Assembly (NCBI RefSeq): GCF_009914755.1
Contig: NC_060926.1
Strand: one strand, 5' to 3'
Length of the DNA: 64,000 bases
Source: the human T2T-CHM13v2.0 reference genome, Homo sapiens
Position numbers and translations under genes: made by a program. Position 1 is the stretch's first letter; each line of letters starts with the position of its first letter. Of this stretch, positions 60,071 through 64,000 are shown piece after piece. The notes below the pieces were generated by a model, which saw only the letters and a list, made by a program, of their open reading frames with translations, had not been told where the DNA came from and did not search any database.

Positions 60071-60888
60071 GAATGTTTCCGTTCTAGAGTCTTCTACTCC
60101 TCAATGACTTTTCCTTAGGCAAAGGACACAACAGCATTAGATATTAACGTCTTTTCTTTAATTCTTATATTTTGTGGATACATAAAATTCATAGGCAGCG
60201 CTTCCTCCATATGACAGAAAAGCAAATATCCAAATATTAGAATTAAATAATAGGTGTGAACAAAAACAAAGGAATGATATTCCAAACTTCTATTAATAAG
60301 AAGCATTAGTGAACTATAGTGGAAAGAACTCTGGACTGGGTTTATCTTATTACTTTCTTTCTAGTCTCTTAAGTTAAAAACTTAATTATTTTCCATCGTC
60401 TTTGTGCTCTAATAAATGCCACTGAAAGATATAAACTTTCCTCTGAATATTGCTTTCTTTGCAGTTATGGTAAGTTAGCACTCCCATCATTTATTTCTAA
60501 TAGTGATATGTTCTATTATGATGACATTTTAACTTCAGTTATTTAGGGTAAATTTTTTTAAATTTTCAAATAGATAATTTAATTTTGCTTTCCTCAATAT
60601 TCTTTAGACAATTATTTATAATTTTGAATTTTCTTGAACCGTGGTCAGTAAATATGGCCTGCAGGATGTATGCTATTATCCTTTATGGTCTAAACGATGG
60701 TCTTTTTTTTAATATTCCATGTGCATTTCGGGAAAAAAGTATGTTGTCTATTGAATGTGTATGTAAATTAGATCAATCTAGTTAATTGTGTTATTGAAGA
60801 ATTCTGCCTCTCTACATTTTTCTACTTGGTCAGTGGATTTGTAATTGTCAACTTCACCTTTAATTTCTATTGGTCCTGTTTTAAGTAG

Positions 60889-61329
<441 letters not shown>

Positions 61330-61351
61330 TTATTGTTAAAACTACATTCCT

Positions 61352-62030
61352 ACAACAGGTGCTGGAGAGGATGTGGAGAAACAGGAACACTTTTACACTG
61401 TTGGTGGGACTGTAAACTAGTTCAACCATTGTGGAAGTCAGTGTGGCGATTCCTCAGGGATCTAGAACTAGAAATACCATTTGACCCAGCCATCCCATTA
61501 CTGGGTATATACCCAAAGGATTATAAGTCATGCTGCTATACAGACACAAGCACATGTATGTTTATTGCGGCACTATTCACAATAGCAAAGACTTGGAACC
61601 AACCCAAATGCCCAACAATGATAGACTGGATTAAGAAAATGTGGCACATATACACCATGGAATACTATGCAGCCATAAAAAATGATGAGTTCATGTCCTT
61701 TGTAGGGACATGGATGAAGCTGGAAACTATCATTGCCAGCAAACTATCGCAAGGACAAAAAACCAAACACCGCATGTTCTCACTCATAGGTGGGAATGGA
61801 ACAATGAGAACACATGGACACAGGAAGGGGAACATCACACACCGGGGACTGTTGTGGGGTAGGAGGAAGGGGGAGGGATAGCATTAGGAGATATACCTAA
61901 TGCTAAATGACGAGTTAATGGGTGCAGCACACCAACATGGCGTATGTATACATATGTAACAAACCTGCACGTTGTGCACATGTACCCTAAAACTTAAAGT
62001 ATAACAATAATAAAATTTTTAAAAAAAATC
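61352..62030 (+). mobile_element. 5'-truncated young L1PA (PA3/PA4-like) 3' end
   Basis: ORF2 Cys-rich C-terminus NRCWRGCGE.GTLLHCWWDCKLVQPLWK...HRMFSLIGGN; 3'UTR gctaaatgacgagttaatgggtgcagcacaccaacatgg; A tail. Confidence 0.97.
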
Positions 62031-62954
62031 CTTTTATAGTATCTGTTATATTTTTTCCTGACTTTATTTCAAAACTTCTGTATTTTGTTCTAGACTATGT
62101 CTTTTGAAAACACATTTGTAGCCCACTGAATTTGCTCTCCTAATATTCTTTGTCTTTTTTTATTGGGTTGTTTAGGGGACTTTTGTTCAATGCATAAGAT
62201 AAGAGCTTTTTAAATTATTAGACAAACCCTTTGTCATCTGCTTAAACATTTTTTTTCTAAATCTTTCATATGTTCACTTATTAATTTGTTTATGGTGTTT
62301 TTGCTACATAAAGGATTTTTATTTGTATAAAGTTAAAAATACATAGCTATTTTTTATGGCATAAGGATTACCAGCCTTGGTGAATAAGGTCATCTTTCCC
62401 CTAAATTTTAAACGTTCTTCTAGATTTCCTTGAAAATTTCCAATTGTTTTGATGTTGCGATTACTTAATTATTCCATCTGGAATTTATGGACTAAAACAG
62501 AAGTCTATTTTTATTTTATTGCAATTGTTAATCAGTTAAGATAGTACAACATATTACGGCATCACTAAATATGATTTCTTACAGAATTGATCTACCAACT
62601 TTGTCATATATAAAATTTCTGGAATCTATTTCTATATTAATTATTCCATTTTAATGATAATTTGTCTCTTTCTAGGATAATAGTGACTGTGACATGTTTT
62701 GATTTCTGGTAAGTTAAGTCTTCCTTACTATTCTTTTTTTTTTCACATTTGGTTGACTATTCCATGGCTTTCATGTTTCTATATAAATTTCCAGATTATT
62801 TTGTTTAAACACAAATAAATCCCTGTTGGAATTCTAATTGGAACTGCATTTTAGTTATACATTAATTTGATGAGGGATTAATATTTTTATGATATATAAC
62901 CTTCCCATTCAAGAATATAAAATGTTCTATTCACTATTTCTATATCAACTTTTT

Positions 62955-63265
62955 TTCATTCCCACATATGGATGAGAATATGAGATATTTGTCTTTCTTT
63001 GTCTGGCTTATTTCATTTAACGTGATGTCCTCCAGTTCCATCCATGTTGCTGCAAGTGACAGGATTTCATTCTTTTTATGGCTGAGTATTGTTCCATTGT
63101 GTGTGTGTGTATATATATATACACATACATATATGTGTATATATATATGCACACACACAATACTTTCTTCATTCATTGTTGGACACTTTGATTCCATATG
63201 TCAGCTATTATCATTAATGCTGCAATCATCATGGGAATGCAGATACCTCTTCAACATACTGACTT
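62955..63265 (-). mobile_element. L1MA-type ORF2-end fragment containing a (TG)(TA)(CA) microsatellite at ~63098-63158
   Basis: Peptide KKNEILSLAATWMELEDITLNEISQTKKDKY. Confidence 0.85.
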
Positions 63266-64000
63266 TGCTATTTAATTTATATTTATTTGTATTGAAATCT
63301 TGTTCATTTATTTTTTTAATTTGTAATATATTCATGTGGGACAGAATTCAAAATGTACAAAAGGAAGAGTTATCTTAAAAGATTATGAAGTATATGACTG
63401 ATTTATGAACTCACCAATAATGAACAGCGAAAACACATGGATAAACAATTTGTAAAAGAAGAAAAAAAATGACATGTCTTTCCATTTGTTTAAATTTTCA
63501 TTTTAATAAAAATTTGTTTTCTCAAATAATTTGTAATCTTCACTGTCATTTCCTGAAACTTTTCTATCATCTGCATAATGAGTTAATGGGGATATGATAA
63601 GAAAATCTTGAATGGTGGCACCAGTATCTATGACTCCTCCCTGAGGATGAAGTTTGGCTTTGGTTTATTATTTTGGAAAGGAGAAGGAGCTCCAAAAGTT
63701 ATCACTTAGTCTTTTCTAACTCAGTGACCATGACCTACATGGAAAAAAGAGCTAAAATAGGATATCTGCTTTTGCTGAGTATACTATTCCAACTATAAGT
63801 TCAGGAACTGAGAAAATAACCACAGAACAGGTTTGTGGAGTCACTAGGCCCTTGTAAGATAGACATGGACACGAAGTCCATTTTCCTCTGATTTATGGAA
63901 AATAGTAGCTATGCAGGCCTTTAGAGATTATCAATAGTTCAGAGCCAGTATTAATATTCTCAGAGAAGTCTTTGTACTTCCTTTTCCCAGAGCACAATTA

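Overview
This is AT-rich primate (probably human or great-ape) nuclear DNA, intergenic or deep-intronic. Roughly half or more is transposon-derived: L1s of many ages (mostly on the - strand), about 16 Alus, MaLR/ERV LTRs (MST, THE1, MLT1, MLT2, an LTR7/LTR21-like solo LTR), L2, MIR, HAL1 and DNA transposons (Tigger1, MER20, MER81, MER103). I found no host protein-coding exon, RNA gene, CRISPR array or prokaryotic system. The long ORFs in the track are broken L1 ORF1/ORF2 pieces, Alu or LTR read-throughs, or chance ORFs. Subfamily names come from my recall of consensus sequences, not from a search, and boundaries of old repeats are approximate. I cannot support a wholly new biological system here. 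The most interesting signals are: a compact muscle-type cis-regulatory module at 23.2 kb; two retroposed non-TE inserts with tails and TSDs (5.5 kb, 45.9 kb); two sites reused by successive insertions, giving triple TSDs; a 300-bp L1 with its 5' end joined to its 3' end; a locally templated LTR copy; an ERV1 solo LTR with expanded tandem repeats pointing toward candidate non-coding exons; and back-to-back perfect hairpins at 52.3 kb.
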